DNA from: a virus
Direction: 5' to 3' (one strand)
Virus record (IMG/VR): IMGVR_UViG_3300045988_109025
Location: 16,804-80,803 of that record
DNA length: 64,000 bases
Each line of letters starts with the position of its first letter. Position 1 is the first letter of the stretch. Below, piece by piece: positions 17,992 through 25,946 of the stretch. The notes under the pieces are model-generated. The model saw only the letters and a program-made list of their open reading frames with translations. It had not been told where the DNA came from and searched no databases. Both the position numbers and the translations under genes were made by a program.

Positions 17992-18414
17992 TCATCTTTC
18001 GAAACCTTTTATCTTTTTTATTTCTGCTATGGCTTTTAAATGCTTTTTTTTAATGTGAATCTCTGAATAACCCATCTCGTCTGCGATACGAACCAATGAT
18101 TTGTACTCAACATAATGCTTAAATAGTATGTTGTACAGCAACGGGTCTTCAACCTGTTCTATGGTTCGGACTATTTCCTGTTTTTTTTGTAAAAATTCGG
18201 ATATCATTTTTGAAATCTCTTCTCGCAGATCAAATATTTTTGCAACCATATCCCCCATCGGATCACGTTTTACAGAAGTTTGTACCTTTTCTCCAACAGG
18301 AATTGCAGATACACTTGTGGAAAGAGAACTGAGCTGTTCTTCTTCGATAAGCTTGTTTTTGATTCTGTTATCATAATTTTCAATCTGGCGTAAATATTGA
18401 GCTGTAGTCATCAT
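17992..18414 (-). CDS. DUF1492/sigma-like HTH protein (putative late regulator)
   Basis: 140 aa with a coiled-coil N-terminal half. The C-terminal part LLYNILFKHYVEYKSLVRIADEMGYSEIHIKKKHLKAI looks like a sigma region-4 HTH. Confidence 0.5.
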   Translation of the reverse strand: MMTTAQYLRQIENYDNRIKNKLIEEEQLSSLSTSVSAIPVGEKVQTSVKRDPMGDMVAKIFDLREEISKMISEFLQKKQEIVRTIEQVEDPLLYNILFKHYVEYKSLVRIADEMGYSEIHIKKKHLKAIAEIKKIKGFER

Positions 18415-18417
18415 ACT

Positions 18418-20112
18418 CTATCTCCTTCCCCACATAAAATTTTTGGTTGCTTTTACTTCTGCAAATCTTTTGCCGGCAAGCGTTATTGCAAGCTGCGTAA
18501 CTCCATCGGCAGCGTCATCATGTTCATTATCGCCAATATATACGAATGTAGTTAATTCATCCATAGCCTTTTGATACTGTTTATCTTGATATTTCGGAGC
18601 CAAAAATATAAAATTTTGCTTAACATCCCCAGAATATTGATTTATTTTTTCTTTTTTTGCTTGTTTTGAAGGTGCTTTTGTACTTGTCGTGCTGCAAGCG
18701 TATTTATGTTCTTTCAAGCGTTCGTTTACATAATAGGCATACATATCTCCACCATTATTTGCTTCAAAATTAATGGATTGAATATTATTTCCCATGATTC
18801 TTCCAACAACTAATGGCAATGTTCCTTCTTTTGGTGCTGTGCTAAAAATCCAATCATAAATATATACATCTCCATTTTCGTATTCTGCACCCACTGGCAT
18901 TGATAAGCTATCGCCACCACCCCACGCAACATCGCAAGCAGAAACATTTTTAACAAATCCACCTTCTGGAAGAACGCCGTTATAATATCTCAATTCATCA
19001 GCTGCAAACACAATTCCTTCACGCAAAAAGGGCTTTTGCTGATATTTAGCTTCCCATTCGTTAGCGTCTAGCCTAGCTTTCATATCAACATAATATTTTG
19101 TTGAAAATCCAACGCCATATTCATAATCGAAATTGGATTCACCATCATCGTTCAAAGCTGGAATTTTTCTAAACCGATACATTGGATTATCCCGATTTAG
19201 CTTCTCAATTTTTCCAAGAGGATCATATAAATTCCATCTGGTTCCAACCATAAGTTCTCTTGCGCCATCAATCTTACGGTCAACCATCTTATTCAAATAT
19301 TCTTGATATGTATTTTCTAATCGAGTAGGGCTTAATGAATGTTGCCTGTCTCTTACAAGGTCATCCACGTACAAATACCCATCAGAAGAAATATCAACGG
19401 CACCTGTCCAAGTACCTTCAATACCACGGCAAGTCATTGTTGCAAATCGGTCTGGCTTGTCCAGGTTTATTTCAAAATCATCAGCACTCTGTTTTTGAAG
19501 TTTCGATTGCGGAAAAATTTCACTGTAGTTGTATTCCTGTGTATTAATGAGGTTAAGAAGTTCTCCGTAAAATCCTTTTGCCAGTTTTCCAGAATGACCA
19601 CCCATGGCGCTATGACTATTCGGTCTTTTTCCCATTATCCATGACATAAAGAAAATACACATAGTGGATTTTCCAACACGGCTTGGAAGTGATAAACCGT
19701 AAAACTCTATCTTTCTTTCTTCCAAATCTTGTAGGTCTTTGGCTACCACATGCAGTGTTTTTTTTCGTGGAATATAAAATTTCTTGCTGTCCGGTCTATT
19801 TTTTTCCATATAAAGCAAGTAACTTTCAAATAAATGTGGCGCTTCCAGTAGCAAATACTGCCAGTAGATATCGTCAAAATTACCACTTCCAGTTAATGCA
19901 GCACACTTCTCTGCCATGTTATGTGAGTATTGACTTACTTTCATAGCCATTTTCCGTGCTTCTTGATTCTTGTTGAAAGGAAGGTCAATATTCATATTTA
20001 AGAGCAAATCAAGGCAATCTTTTTGATTTTGATAGATTGTCATGTCGCTACTGATAATCTGATTTAGGACTGTCCGATACCATTCAAGCGAACCTTCTGT
20101 AATTTTTCCCAT
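18418..20112 (-). CDS. terL: terminase large subunit
   Basis: 564 aa. Walker A-like LPSRVGKST, an acidic Walker B-like YLYVDDL and a C-terminal nuclease-like half. It lies upstream of the portal. Confidence 0.85.
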   Translation of the reverse strand: MGKITEGSLEWYRTVLNQIISSDMTIYQNQKDCLDLLLNMNIDLPFNKNQEARKMAMKVSQYSHNMAEKCAALTGSGNFDDIYWQYLLLEAPHLFESYLLYMEKNRPDSKKFYIPRKKTLHVVAKDLQDLEERKIEFYGLSLPSRVGKSTMCIFFMSWIMGKRPNSHSAMGGHSGKLAKGFYGELLNLINTQEYNYSEIFPQSKLQKQSADDFEINLDKPDRFATMTCRGIEGTWTGAVDISSDGYLYVDDLVRDRQHSLSPTRLENTYQEYLNKMVDRKIDGARELMVGTRWNLYDPLGKIEKLNRDNPMYRFRKIPALNDDGESNFDYEYGVGFSTKYYVDMKARLDANEWEAKYQQKPFLREGIVFAADELRYYNGVLPEGGFVKNVSACDVAWGGGDSLSMPVGAEYENGDVYIYDWIFSTAPKEGTLPLVVGRIMGNNIQSINFEANNGGDMYAYYVNERLKEHKYACSTTSTKAPSKQAKKEKINQYSGDVKQNFIFLAPKYQDKQYQKAMDELTTFVYIGDNEHDDAADGVTQLAITLAGKRFAEVKATKNFMWGRR

Positions 20113-20118
20113 AAAAAT

Positions 20119-20159
20119 AGAGCCAGACCTCCTTTCTTTTTAGGATTTAGTCTGGCTCT
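20119..20159 (-). promoter_or_regulatory. 10-bp-stem hairpin enclosing the terL RBS
   Basis: AGAGCCAGAC (20119-20128) pairs with GTCTGGCTCT (20150-20159). On the minus strand the loop holds AAAGGAG, and the stem is followed by ATTTTT ATG (the terL start). Confidence 0.5.
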
Positions 20160-20187
20160 CGTGTGGCTCTCTTGACTGTTTTACTTA

Positions 20188-21141
20188 TTATTCAGCATTC
20201 TCATCAGCTGTCATATCTCTTGTATCTACGATAGTAGAAGTGTTACTTCCTTGAATTTTTGGTACTTCACCATTCCATTTATCAATTTTCTGTTTTTCAA
20301 TCAGTTCGGGAGTAAGAGATTCTGCAATTTTTCTATTTGCTTCTGCTTCGGCTTCTGCTTTAATCTTAATTGCTTCTGCTTTACCTTCTGCATCAATTTT
20401 AGCTTGTTCTGCCTGGATAGATGCTTTTTCTTTTTCCTGTTCAGCTGCAATCAGTGCAACTTCTTTATCTTTATCGGCTTGTACTTTCGCTGTTTTAGCT
20501 TCAATGTTAGCAAGTTCAAGCTCCTGTTGAGCGTTCACTTTCTTCTGAATTGCAGCCTGTGTTTCATCATCAGTGGAAATGGAAGTAAAGTTTACTGTAT
20601 CAATAATAATTCCGTATGGCTCAAACTTCTGTTTAAGATATTCGTCAAGTGCTTCATTCAGTTCCTGGCGTTTATCACCGAAAACATCTGTTACTGGATA
20701 CTTCGCAGTTACTTCCTGCGTCCATGCTTTCATCTTAGGCTTAATAAAAGTATTTTTCACAGATTCCCCGGATTGACCTTTGAACTGAGTAAATACATCA
20801 GTTACTCTGCTCTGATCGAATTTATAAGAAAATTCAAGGTCGACTTGAAGCGATTTTCCATCTGCCGTTGGTGTCTTGAAACTTTCATCTTTTGGAGAAT
20901 CGCCCTTATCCTCAGATGTAAGATAAGACTGCTCGATTCCAACGGAATACAGTGAAGTTTTTACTGTTGGTGAAATCACATGCCATCCCTGTGTAAGTAC
21001 ATTCTTAGAGATTCCTCCGTTCATTTTGTACTCTACCGCAATGTAACCAGCCGGAACTCTCACACTGCACTTTGCAACACATATAAGTCCTGCAATGATT
21101 ACAACAGCTAATCCAATTCCACCTAAAAGTCCTTTTTTCAT
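20188..21141 (-). CDS. SPFH/Band-7 (prohibitin/stomatin-like) membrane protein
   Basis: 317 aa with an N-terminal TM helix, an SPFH-like core (VPAGYIAVEY...FEPYGIIIDTVNFTSI) and a long A/E/K coiled coil. Confidence 0.75.
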   Translation of the reverse strand: MKKGLLGGIGLAVVIIAGLICVAKCSVRVPAGYIAVEYKMNGGISKNVLTQGWHVISPTVKTSLYSVGIEQSYLTSEDKGDSPKDESFKTPTADGKSLQVDLEFSYKFDQSRVTDVFTQFKGQSGESVKNTFIKPKMKAWTQEVTAKYPVTDVFGDKRQELNEALDEYLKQKFEPYGIIIDTVNFTSISTDDETQAAIQKKVNAQQELELANIEAKTAKVQADKDKEVALIAAEQEKEKASIQAEQAKIDAEGKAEAIKIKAEAEAEANRKIAESLTPELIEKQKIDKWNGEVPKIQGSNTSTIVDTRDMTADENAE

Positions 21142-21302
21142 TTATTATCCTCCTCTTTTTGACTTTCGTCTTTATTTAACTCATCAATAGCATTTCTGCC
21201 AATGTGGTTCAATAATTTACCTAGTGGCTGAAATAATTTGTAAAGCAGGAACCATACTGCTGCTGCTCCACATATCACTAGAAATATAAATACTGGATTC
21301 AT
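21138..21302 (-). CDS. 54-aa membrane protein coupled to the SPFH gene
   Basis: MNPVFIFLVICGAAAVWFLLYKLF... has one TM helix and an acidic tail. Its TGA overlaps the SPFH ATG (AAATGA). It is below the track's length cut-off. Confidence 0.5.
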   Translation of the reverse strand: MNPVFIFLVICGAAAVWFLLYKLFQPLGKLLNHIGRNAIDELNKDESQKEEDNK

Positions 21303-21311
21303 AAATTCACC

Positions 21312-21488
21312 TCAATCCGGAATCCCTAACTGTTTATAAGTAAATATAGCTGTATACTTTTTTCCACATTTGTAGCAAGTTTCTGTGATTGTACAGGTCT
21401 TTTCTTTATCGTTACATTTTGATTCTGTATCACATCTTTTGAACTTGCATCCACCTGTCAGAATGCATTTAATCCGTTTTGCGTTCAT
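21312..21488 (-). CDS. Cys-rich mini-protein
   Basis: Internal ATG of track ORF 21312..21590 (MNAKRIKCILTGGCKFKRCDTESKC...CYKCGKKY). Confidence 0.45.
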   Translation of the reverse strand: MNAKRIKCILTGGCKFKRCDTESKCNDKEKTCTITETCYKCGKKYTAIFTYKQLGIPD

Positions 21489-21789
21489 CTTGTTCTCCTT
21501 GCAAAACTTTTCTGATGCAATCCTCAACAAGTATAAAGTCTTTATATGACATACGCATCTCGCAATTGTAAAAATGCTTTCCAATTTCATTTACAATTAA
21601 TTTATAAATTCTAAACTTGGTTTCTTCCGAAAGTTCGTTCAGTTCCACAGGTTTAGTCTTTTGAAGTTCTTTCGCATCGCTGGCAACTGTTTTAATAACA
21701 TCTTCATCAGGCACTTTTATAGAATCAATAGCTTTAAGAATGCCGTCTGTTTCAATTTTTGAACACGCACAATCATAACAAGTATTCAT
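21469..21789 (-). CDS. hypothetical protein with N-terminal CxxCxC
   Basis: 106-aa track ORF, tightly packed and co-oriented with its neighbours. Confidence 0.5.
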   Translation of the reverse strand: MNTCYDCACSKIETDGILKAIDSIKVPDEDVIKTVASDAKELQKTKPVELNELSEETKFRIYKLIVNEIGKHFYNCEMRMSYKDFILVEDCIRKVLQGEQDERKTD

Positions 21790-22019
21790 ACATTCACCTC
21801 AAACTCTTTCTTACAGTTGCTTCCCTTGCATTTCAATTTAAGATGACGAATTTTTGTCTCTGGGCTAATCAGAAGTGCTTTCTTCTCGCAAAAAGGGCAA
21901 CAGGCGTATTTCGTTCCGCTGATATTCCGTATCAGCGCCTGTCCATTCCACGGTTCGGGTGGGTTCATGTATTCAGAAAAATCTATTCCTTCGGATTCTA
22001 ATGCTGATTTAATGCTCAT
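21786..22019 (-). CDS. Cys-rich KTR-like zinc-ribbon protein
   Basis: The ATG at 22019 (MSIKSALESEG...) has an AAGGAG RBS. CCPFCEKK...LKCKGSNCKKEFEVNV resembles the Cys-rich KTR motif. Confidence 0.5.
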   Translation of the reverse strand: MSIKSALESEGIDFSEYMNPPEPWNGQALIRNISGTKYACCPFCEKKALLISPETKIRHLKLKCKGSNCKKEFEVNV

Positions 22020-22206
22020 TAAAAATCTCCTTAAATTTCTTCCTATTAAAACCATTGTCTTGGTTTCCCCAATACGGATATTGGTGTAAGCTTTTTATCG
22101 TATACTCGCATGGATGTACTTTTGCAAAGTCGACAATTTCTTTGGCAGGTGCCTGCTGTACTTGTGTTCTCCATTCTGGACAACCTTTTGTTTTTTCTTG
22201 ATCCAT
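22009..22206 (-). CDS. hypothetical protein
   Basis: The ATG at 22206 (MDQEKTKGCPEW...) has a GGAGG RBS. It overlaps the 3' part of 22046..22483 in another frame. Confidence 0.4.
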   Translation of the reverse strand: MDQEKTKGCPEWRTQVQQAPAKEIVDFAKVHPCEYTIKSLHQYPYWGNQDNGFNRKKFKEIFNEH

Positions 22207-22483
22207 TAATTTTCCTCCGCTTCGGAATCCCATGTATTTTACGGAAATTGTTCTGGTTTATTCGATTTGGGGCAACTAGTGTCCAAAATAGTTCATCACT
22301 TAATTTACATTTAAGTTCAATACTTAACGGCTTGCCTATGCTACAAAGTGTACCGTCCTCATTTCTGTGAAGAATACCGCCTTCGATAACAAAAGCACCA
22401 TCCGAAATTGAAATCTCTGGTATTTCTTCAATCACTTCACCATTACATGTAAAGAAATGCTTTAATTCTTCCTTTTCGCCCAT
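22046..22483 (-). CDS. hypothetical protein (3' third overlaps the next ORF)
   Basis: 145-aa track ORF. The first ~90 aa look protein-like. The R/K-rich tail overlaps 22009..22206 by ~160 nt, so the true end is uncertain. Confidence 0.4.
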   Translation of the reverse strand: MGEKEELKHFFTCNGEVIEEIPEISISDGAFVIEGGILHRNEDGTLCSIGKPLSIELKCKLSDELFWTLVAPNRINQNNFRKIHGIPKRRKINGSRKNKRLSRMENTSTAGTCQRNCRLCKSTSMRVYDKKLTPISVLGKPRQWF

Positions 22484-22484
22484 A

Positions 22485-22817
22485 TCAGCACATTCCTTTG
22501 TTTTTCCTTAAATTAGCGTATCGGTCAACCAATGTGTCAACAGTAACAGTTAACTCGTTGATTCTAATACAGTCATCCTGGTGGCGTTGTTCATACCATT
22601 CTATAGATGGATGACCAGTATCTACATTTTCAATTCCATCAATCGGAATCTTCCAGTTATCATTTTCAAGAAGCTTTTGGTTAAGTGTCTCCGATAAAGC
22701 TTTATAGTCCAGGATTATATGCTGTTTTTTCTCGCATTCATCAGCCAAACGAACAACTTCATTTTTCAACTGTTCTTCTGTCCAATTTGCCATATCCTCA
22801 AATTTCATATTTACCAC
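22485..22817 (-). CDS. hypothetical coiled-coil protein
   Basis: 110-aa track ORF, tightly packed. Confidence 0.5.
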   Translation of the reverse strand: MVNMKFEDMANWTEEQLKNEVVRLADECEKKQHIILDYKALSETLNQKLLENDNWKIPIDGIENVDTGHPSIEWYEQRHQDDCIRINELTVTVDTLVDRYANLRKNKGMC

Positions 22818-23086
22818 CTCTGTCTTCGAAAATTGTCTCTTCCAAGCATAAATTTTTCGGCTGAAAAATTATCCTCTACATCAATATGTGCTTCACGGTC
22901 TTGCAACTCATATCCGTTTGGGGTTAATTCAAGTTTTGCAGTATATTCAGCGCCGCAATTGGTGCATTGCCATGTCACATTTAAAAAGAGTCCTTTTTCT
23001 ATAAAAGGGTTTGTGAAATCGGCATTTTCACATTTCAATATTCCACCGCAAACAGGGCAATTGCGTTTATCAAGTAAATTTAGCAT
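22811..23086 (-). CDS. zinc-ribbon protein
   Basis: 91 aa with CPVCGG ... CTNCGAEY. Confidence 0.5.
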   Translation of the reverse strand: MLNLLDKRNCPVCGGILKCENADFTNPFIEKGLFLNVTWQCTNCGAEYTAKLELTPNGYELQDREAHIDVEDNFSAEKFMLGRDNFRRQRW

Positions 23087-23247
23087 TCAAATTCCCTCCT
23101 CTCCCTGTGCTTCATCTGACAGGCAATCATTTTAGCTATGTTTTCACGTTCCTGTTTTATTCCATGCCCTTGCCGAAACAATTCACATTCAAGGATGTTT
23201 CCACAATGTGAGCATTCGTCTTTGATTTCTTTACCGCATATTTCCAT
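23080..23247 (-). CDS. Cys-rich mini-protein
   Basis: Internal ATG at 23247 (MEICGKEIKDECSHCGNILEC...). Confidence 0.4.
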   Translation of the reverse strand: MEICGKEIKDECSHCGNILECELFRQGHGIKQERENIAKMIACQMKHRERREFEC

Positions 23248-23380
23248 CTTCTTTTCCTTCCCAAAACTCGCAACAGCACTCTGGTTCCGTAAAGTCTGCA
23301 CAATATTCGCTATCACCATTGAAACAAACCCATGTGAAGTCATCATGTCTTCTGCAATTCTTGCAACATTTTTCTTTCAT
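23231..23380 (-). CDS. Cys-rich 49-aa mini-protein
   Basis: Manual translation gives MKEKCCKNCRRHDDFTWVCFNGDSEYCADFTEPECCCEFWEGKEDGNMR. There is a GAGGT RBS upstream of the ATG at 23380. It is not in the track (<60 aa). Confidence 0.45.
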   Translation of the reverse strand: MKEKCCKNCRRHDDFTWVCFNGDSEYCADFTEPECCCEFWEGKEDGNMR

Positions 23381-23496
23381 AAATTACCTCGATTTAGAAA
23401 AATCCAGTGTGCCGACTTGAACGGCATAAATCTCCCAACGAGAAACACTGGAACTTTAGGGGGAAATGCAACTTCTGGCAATGGCAATTTGCCAGA

Positions 23497-23568
23497 TAGA
23501 AACAACAGGAATCGAACCTGTGTCACATGATATTGAGTATCATTGCTCTACCACTGAGCTATGTTTCT
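23497..23568 (-). tRNA. tRNA with anticodon loop ACUCAAU (anticodon UCA, opal-suppressor/Trp(UCA)-like)
   Basis: Manual cloverleaf: AGAAACA-TA-GCTC-AGTGGTA-GAGC-A-ATGAT-ACTCAAT-ATCAT-GTGAC-ACAGG-TTCGATT-CCTGT-TGTTTCT-A. All four stems are perfect. Position 33 is C rather than U. Confidence 0.65.
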
Positions 23569-23791
23569 TTTTTCATCATAAAACGCTAAACTAGATGATT
23601 TTTTTAGAATCCCCGACTATCACTCCTCACGGGCATTGGTCTTATCTCTCTAAAAAGTTTTTGCACAAGATCGCTAGTGAGTTGCGTCTATATGCCTGCA
23701 CGAATGCACACAAACGCATCCGCATTTATGTGCAAGAACTAACAATAGCTATGCTAAAGTAAGATATCCTATCTACACCTGGTAGATGGAA

Positions 23792-23863
23792 TTGCAGGAG
23801 ACGGATTCGAACCGCCGTTCTCAAGGATATGAGCCTTGCGAGATTCCACTTCTCTATCCTGCC
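23792..23863 (-). tRNA. tRNA-Met/Ile2-type (anticodon CAU), 1:72 mismatch
   Basis: GGCAGGA-TA-GAGA-AGTGGAA-TCTC-G-CAAGG-CTCATAT-CCTTG-AGAAC-GGCGG-TTCGAAT-CCGTC-TCCTGCA-A. G1 is opposite A72. Confidence 0.65.
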
Positions 23864-24153
23864 GGAACCCGGAAAAACCGGGTTAGCAATAGGTTTATCG
23901 TGTTATGCTTTCCACTATCTACAAGTTTTAGTGCTGTAGATTCACTGGATATTTTTATGCGTCTTAGAACGGCATCTCTTGAAAACTCCTTTTATTAACG
24001 TGCGCTGCGTTAATATTTTTAACTCCGAGATATACCAGCCGGGAAATCAGATCCATTTAGGCTACGCCGTATCGCACCTAAATTTATCTAATCCACACGC
24101 TCAACTGGAAGTTTTTTCCACCCATATTACGGATGAATGGCATTTAGAAGAAA

Positions 24154-24226
24154 TGGAAGCTCTGGGATTCGAACCCAGGACTTACGGCTTATGAGGCCGT
24201 TGCTCTTACCGCTGAACTAAGCTTCC
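24154..24226 (-). tRNA. tRNA-Met/Ile2-type (anticodon CAU)
   Basis: GGAAGCT-TA-GTTC-AGCGGTAA-GAGC-A-ACGGC-CTCATAA-GCCGT-AAGTC-CTGGG-TTCGAAT-CCCAG-AGCTTCC-A. Confidence 0.8.
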
Positions 24227-24439
24227 TGAGATACCAGAAATAAGCCCGCCATAGATTTATTTCTGGCACTGTTGCAGTTCTTGACCGCCAACCGCAACAA
24301 AGGTTTTCTGAAACGCTTTTAGATTTCAGAAGGTCTTCCGGGACATTTGAAGCCCCTTTAATCAGCCCCGTTGGGCTAGAAGACTGAAGCGAAAGTTGTA
24401 TGAAAAAAGAAAATTTTGCAATATTTATCATATTGCAAA

Positions 24440-24511
24440 CGGGGCTAGTCGGATTCGAACCGACAAATATAGGAACCAAAATCCTATGCCTTACCATTTG
24501 GCGATAGCCCA
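24440..24511 (-). tRNA. tRNA-Gln (anticodon UUG)
   Basis: TGGGCTA-TC-GCCAAATGGTAAGGC-A-TAGGA-TTTTGGT-TCCTA-TATTT-GTCGG-TTCGAAT-CCGAC-TAGCCCC-G. It has a U1:C72 weak pair and G73, as in Gln tRNAs. Confidence 0.8.
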
Positions 24512-24808
24512 TCAACCCCGGCGCACCATTAAGACCGGGGAAGTCGTGATATTAAGCTAAACAAGTATATAAATTTTCCGCTCTTACCAATTACTCTTTT
24601 CCAGGATAGGAATTTTCTTTTCAAAATATTCAATAATTCCTGGCGTATTCATCAATAAGAGCTTCCGCTACTCTGGATGCCTCGACTTATCGCTTTCATA
24701 GGCTTTCCCGAACCTACATGGATTAAGTCGAAGCTGTGCTTTTATGAATTTAACCCTTTCGATTAACTCAATCGGGATAATTCCAATTGGAATTGGTAGA
24801 TACATTTG

Positions 24809-24985
24809 TCACCTCGTGCAAATTAAGAAAATATTCAGTGCGAAACATATTTCTAAACAAATGCAGAATAAAATCTGTATTACGCTTGTCTTTCCTTCTT
24901 CGTCCAGTATTGCTAAAGTGCCGGCTAGAACCAGAACGAAAAATGCAAGATTTACAGCTGTTCCAATTACATTAAGTGCATTCAT
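24809..24985 (-). CDS. small membrane protein
   Basis: The ATG at 24985 (MNALNVIGTAVNLAFFVLVLAGTLAIL...) has a GGGAGG RBS. It has two hydrophobic helices. Confidence 0.45.
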   Translation of the reverse strand: MNALNVIGTAVNLAFFVLVLAGTLAILDEEGKTSVIQILFCICLEICFALNIFLICTR

Positions 24986-25370
24986 TTTCTTTTTCCTCCC
25001 CAATTAAAAGGTCCAGAATTTTTTCTGCAATCTCTTCTTCTGGCTCAAATGGCATTCCACAGTAATTGTAGGATTCTAAAGCCAATTTTAGGCTTGATTT
25101 GAAGCCATTGTAAATTTCTCCATGCTGTAGTAATTCGTGCCTTAAAACACAAATTGCATCAGTAATTGATTGAGAAGTGACACTGATTTGTGCCAAGCAC
25201 TCCATTTCAATGTCTGGGACAGCCATCATTTCAAACTCAAATACTGGAATTTCATCTACAGCTACATGAAAATCTATTGATCTTACTCTTGGAACTTCAT
25301 TTCCGTCAATGAAATATTTTGTGCCGAGCCAATCATGTGGGTTGGGGTTTGTAATTTTTACGACACTCAT
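24972..25370 (-). CDS. hypothetical protein
   Basis: 132-aa track ORF. Its ATG overlaps the upstream stop. Confidence 0.5.
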   Translation of the reverse strand: MSVVKITNPNPHDWLGTKYFIDGNEVPRVRSIDFHVAVDEIPVFEFEMMAVPDIEMECLAQISVTSQSITDAICVLRHELLQHGEIYNGFKSSLKLALESYNYCGMPFEPEEEIAEKILDLLIGEEKENECT

Positions 25371-25795
25371 CCTTCTTCCACCTCCCCGAAATATTTCTTG
25401 AAAAGCTTATAGTTGTAATACCACAGATGTTGCATCACAAAAATTTTATCAATACATTCCAAACCATAATACATCACTCTATACTCGGCGGTTCTGTCTC
25501 CATTTTTATCAGCGCTGTAACCAGCTAATTCAGATTTTGATTTTGCGCCAAACCATCTGCCATTCTTTGTAACAAACAAAGAAAGATTACCGTATTCGCA
25601 AACATATGTGGCAGTTTGAGTATCATACAATCTTCCATCAGCTAATATTGCTTTTACGTGAATTGGCTTTACCAGTTTCCGAATTACTGGGGACTCCTGT
25701 CCGACATTTTCATAATCATGTCTGATTTCAGAAACGCCTTTTTTATTTTTTGAGAAAAATTTAATCACGTCTTTTCCTCCCGAAATATTCATCAA
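25367..25795 (-). CDS. hypothetical protein
   Basis: 142-aa track ORF. An alternative GTG start near 25768 follows a GGGAGG RBS. Confidence 0.5.
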   Translation of the reverse strand: MMNISGGKDVIKFFSKNKKGVSEIRHDYENVGQESPVIRKLVKPIHVKAILADGRLYDTQTATYVCEYGNLSLFVTKNGRWFGAKSKSELAGYSADKNGDRTAEYRVMYYGLECIDKIFVMQHLWYYNYKLFKKYFGEVEEG

Positions 25796-25931
25796 CTGCC
25801 TGTCTTACAATGTCCGATACGCTCCTGTCTGTTCGGTTTTTCTCTTCCAGGAGCCTTTTTTTCTGTTTTTCGGAAAATCGGATGCGGATGGATTCGGATT
25901 GAATTGGTTCTTTTCTTTCTGATTTTCCCAT
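25761..25931 (-). CDS. ribbon-helix-helix (CopG/Arc-like) mini-protein
   Basis: Manual translation gives MGKSERKEPIQSESIRIRFSEKQKKRLLEEKNRTDRSVSDIVRQAVDEYFGRKRRD. The pattern is a beta-strand (IRIRFS) followed by two helices. Confidence 0.5.
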   Translation of the reverse strand: MGKSERKEPIQSESIRIRFSEKQKKRLLEEKNRTDRSVSDIVRQAVDEYFGRKRRD

Positions 25932-25946
25932 GTTCTGTCTCCTTTT

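Noticed and set aside
23689-23701. TGCAGGCATAT on the minus strand, matching the CAGGCATATCA motif of the 53.7-53.8 kb repeat units.
   Set aside because: It is a single extra 11-nt match in the opposite genomic context. It could be chance, and I cannot compute its significance properly. It is noted but not interpreted.
24189-24515. 108-aa minus-strand ORF in the tRNA region.
   Set aside because: It runs straight through two well-folded tRNA genes (24154..24226 and 24440..24511) and hairpin spacers, so it is not coding.
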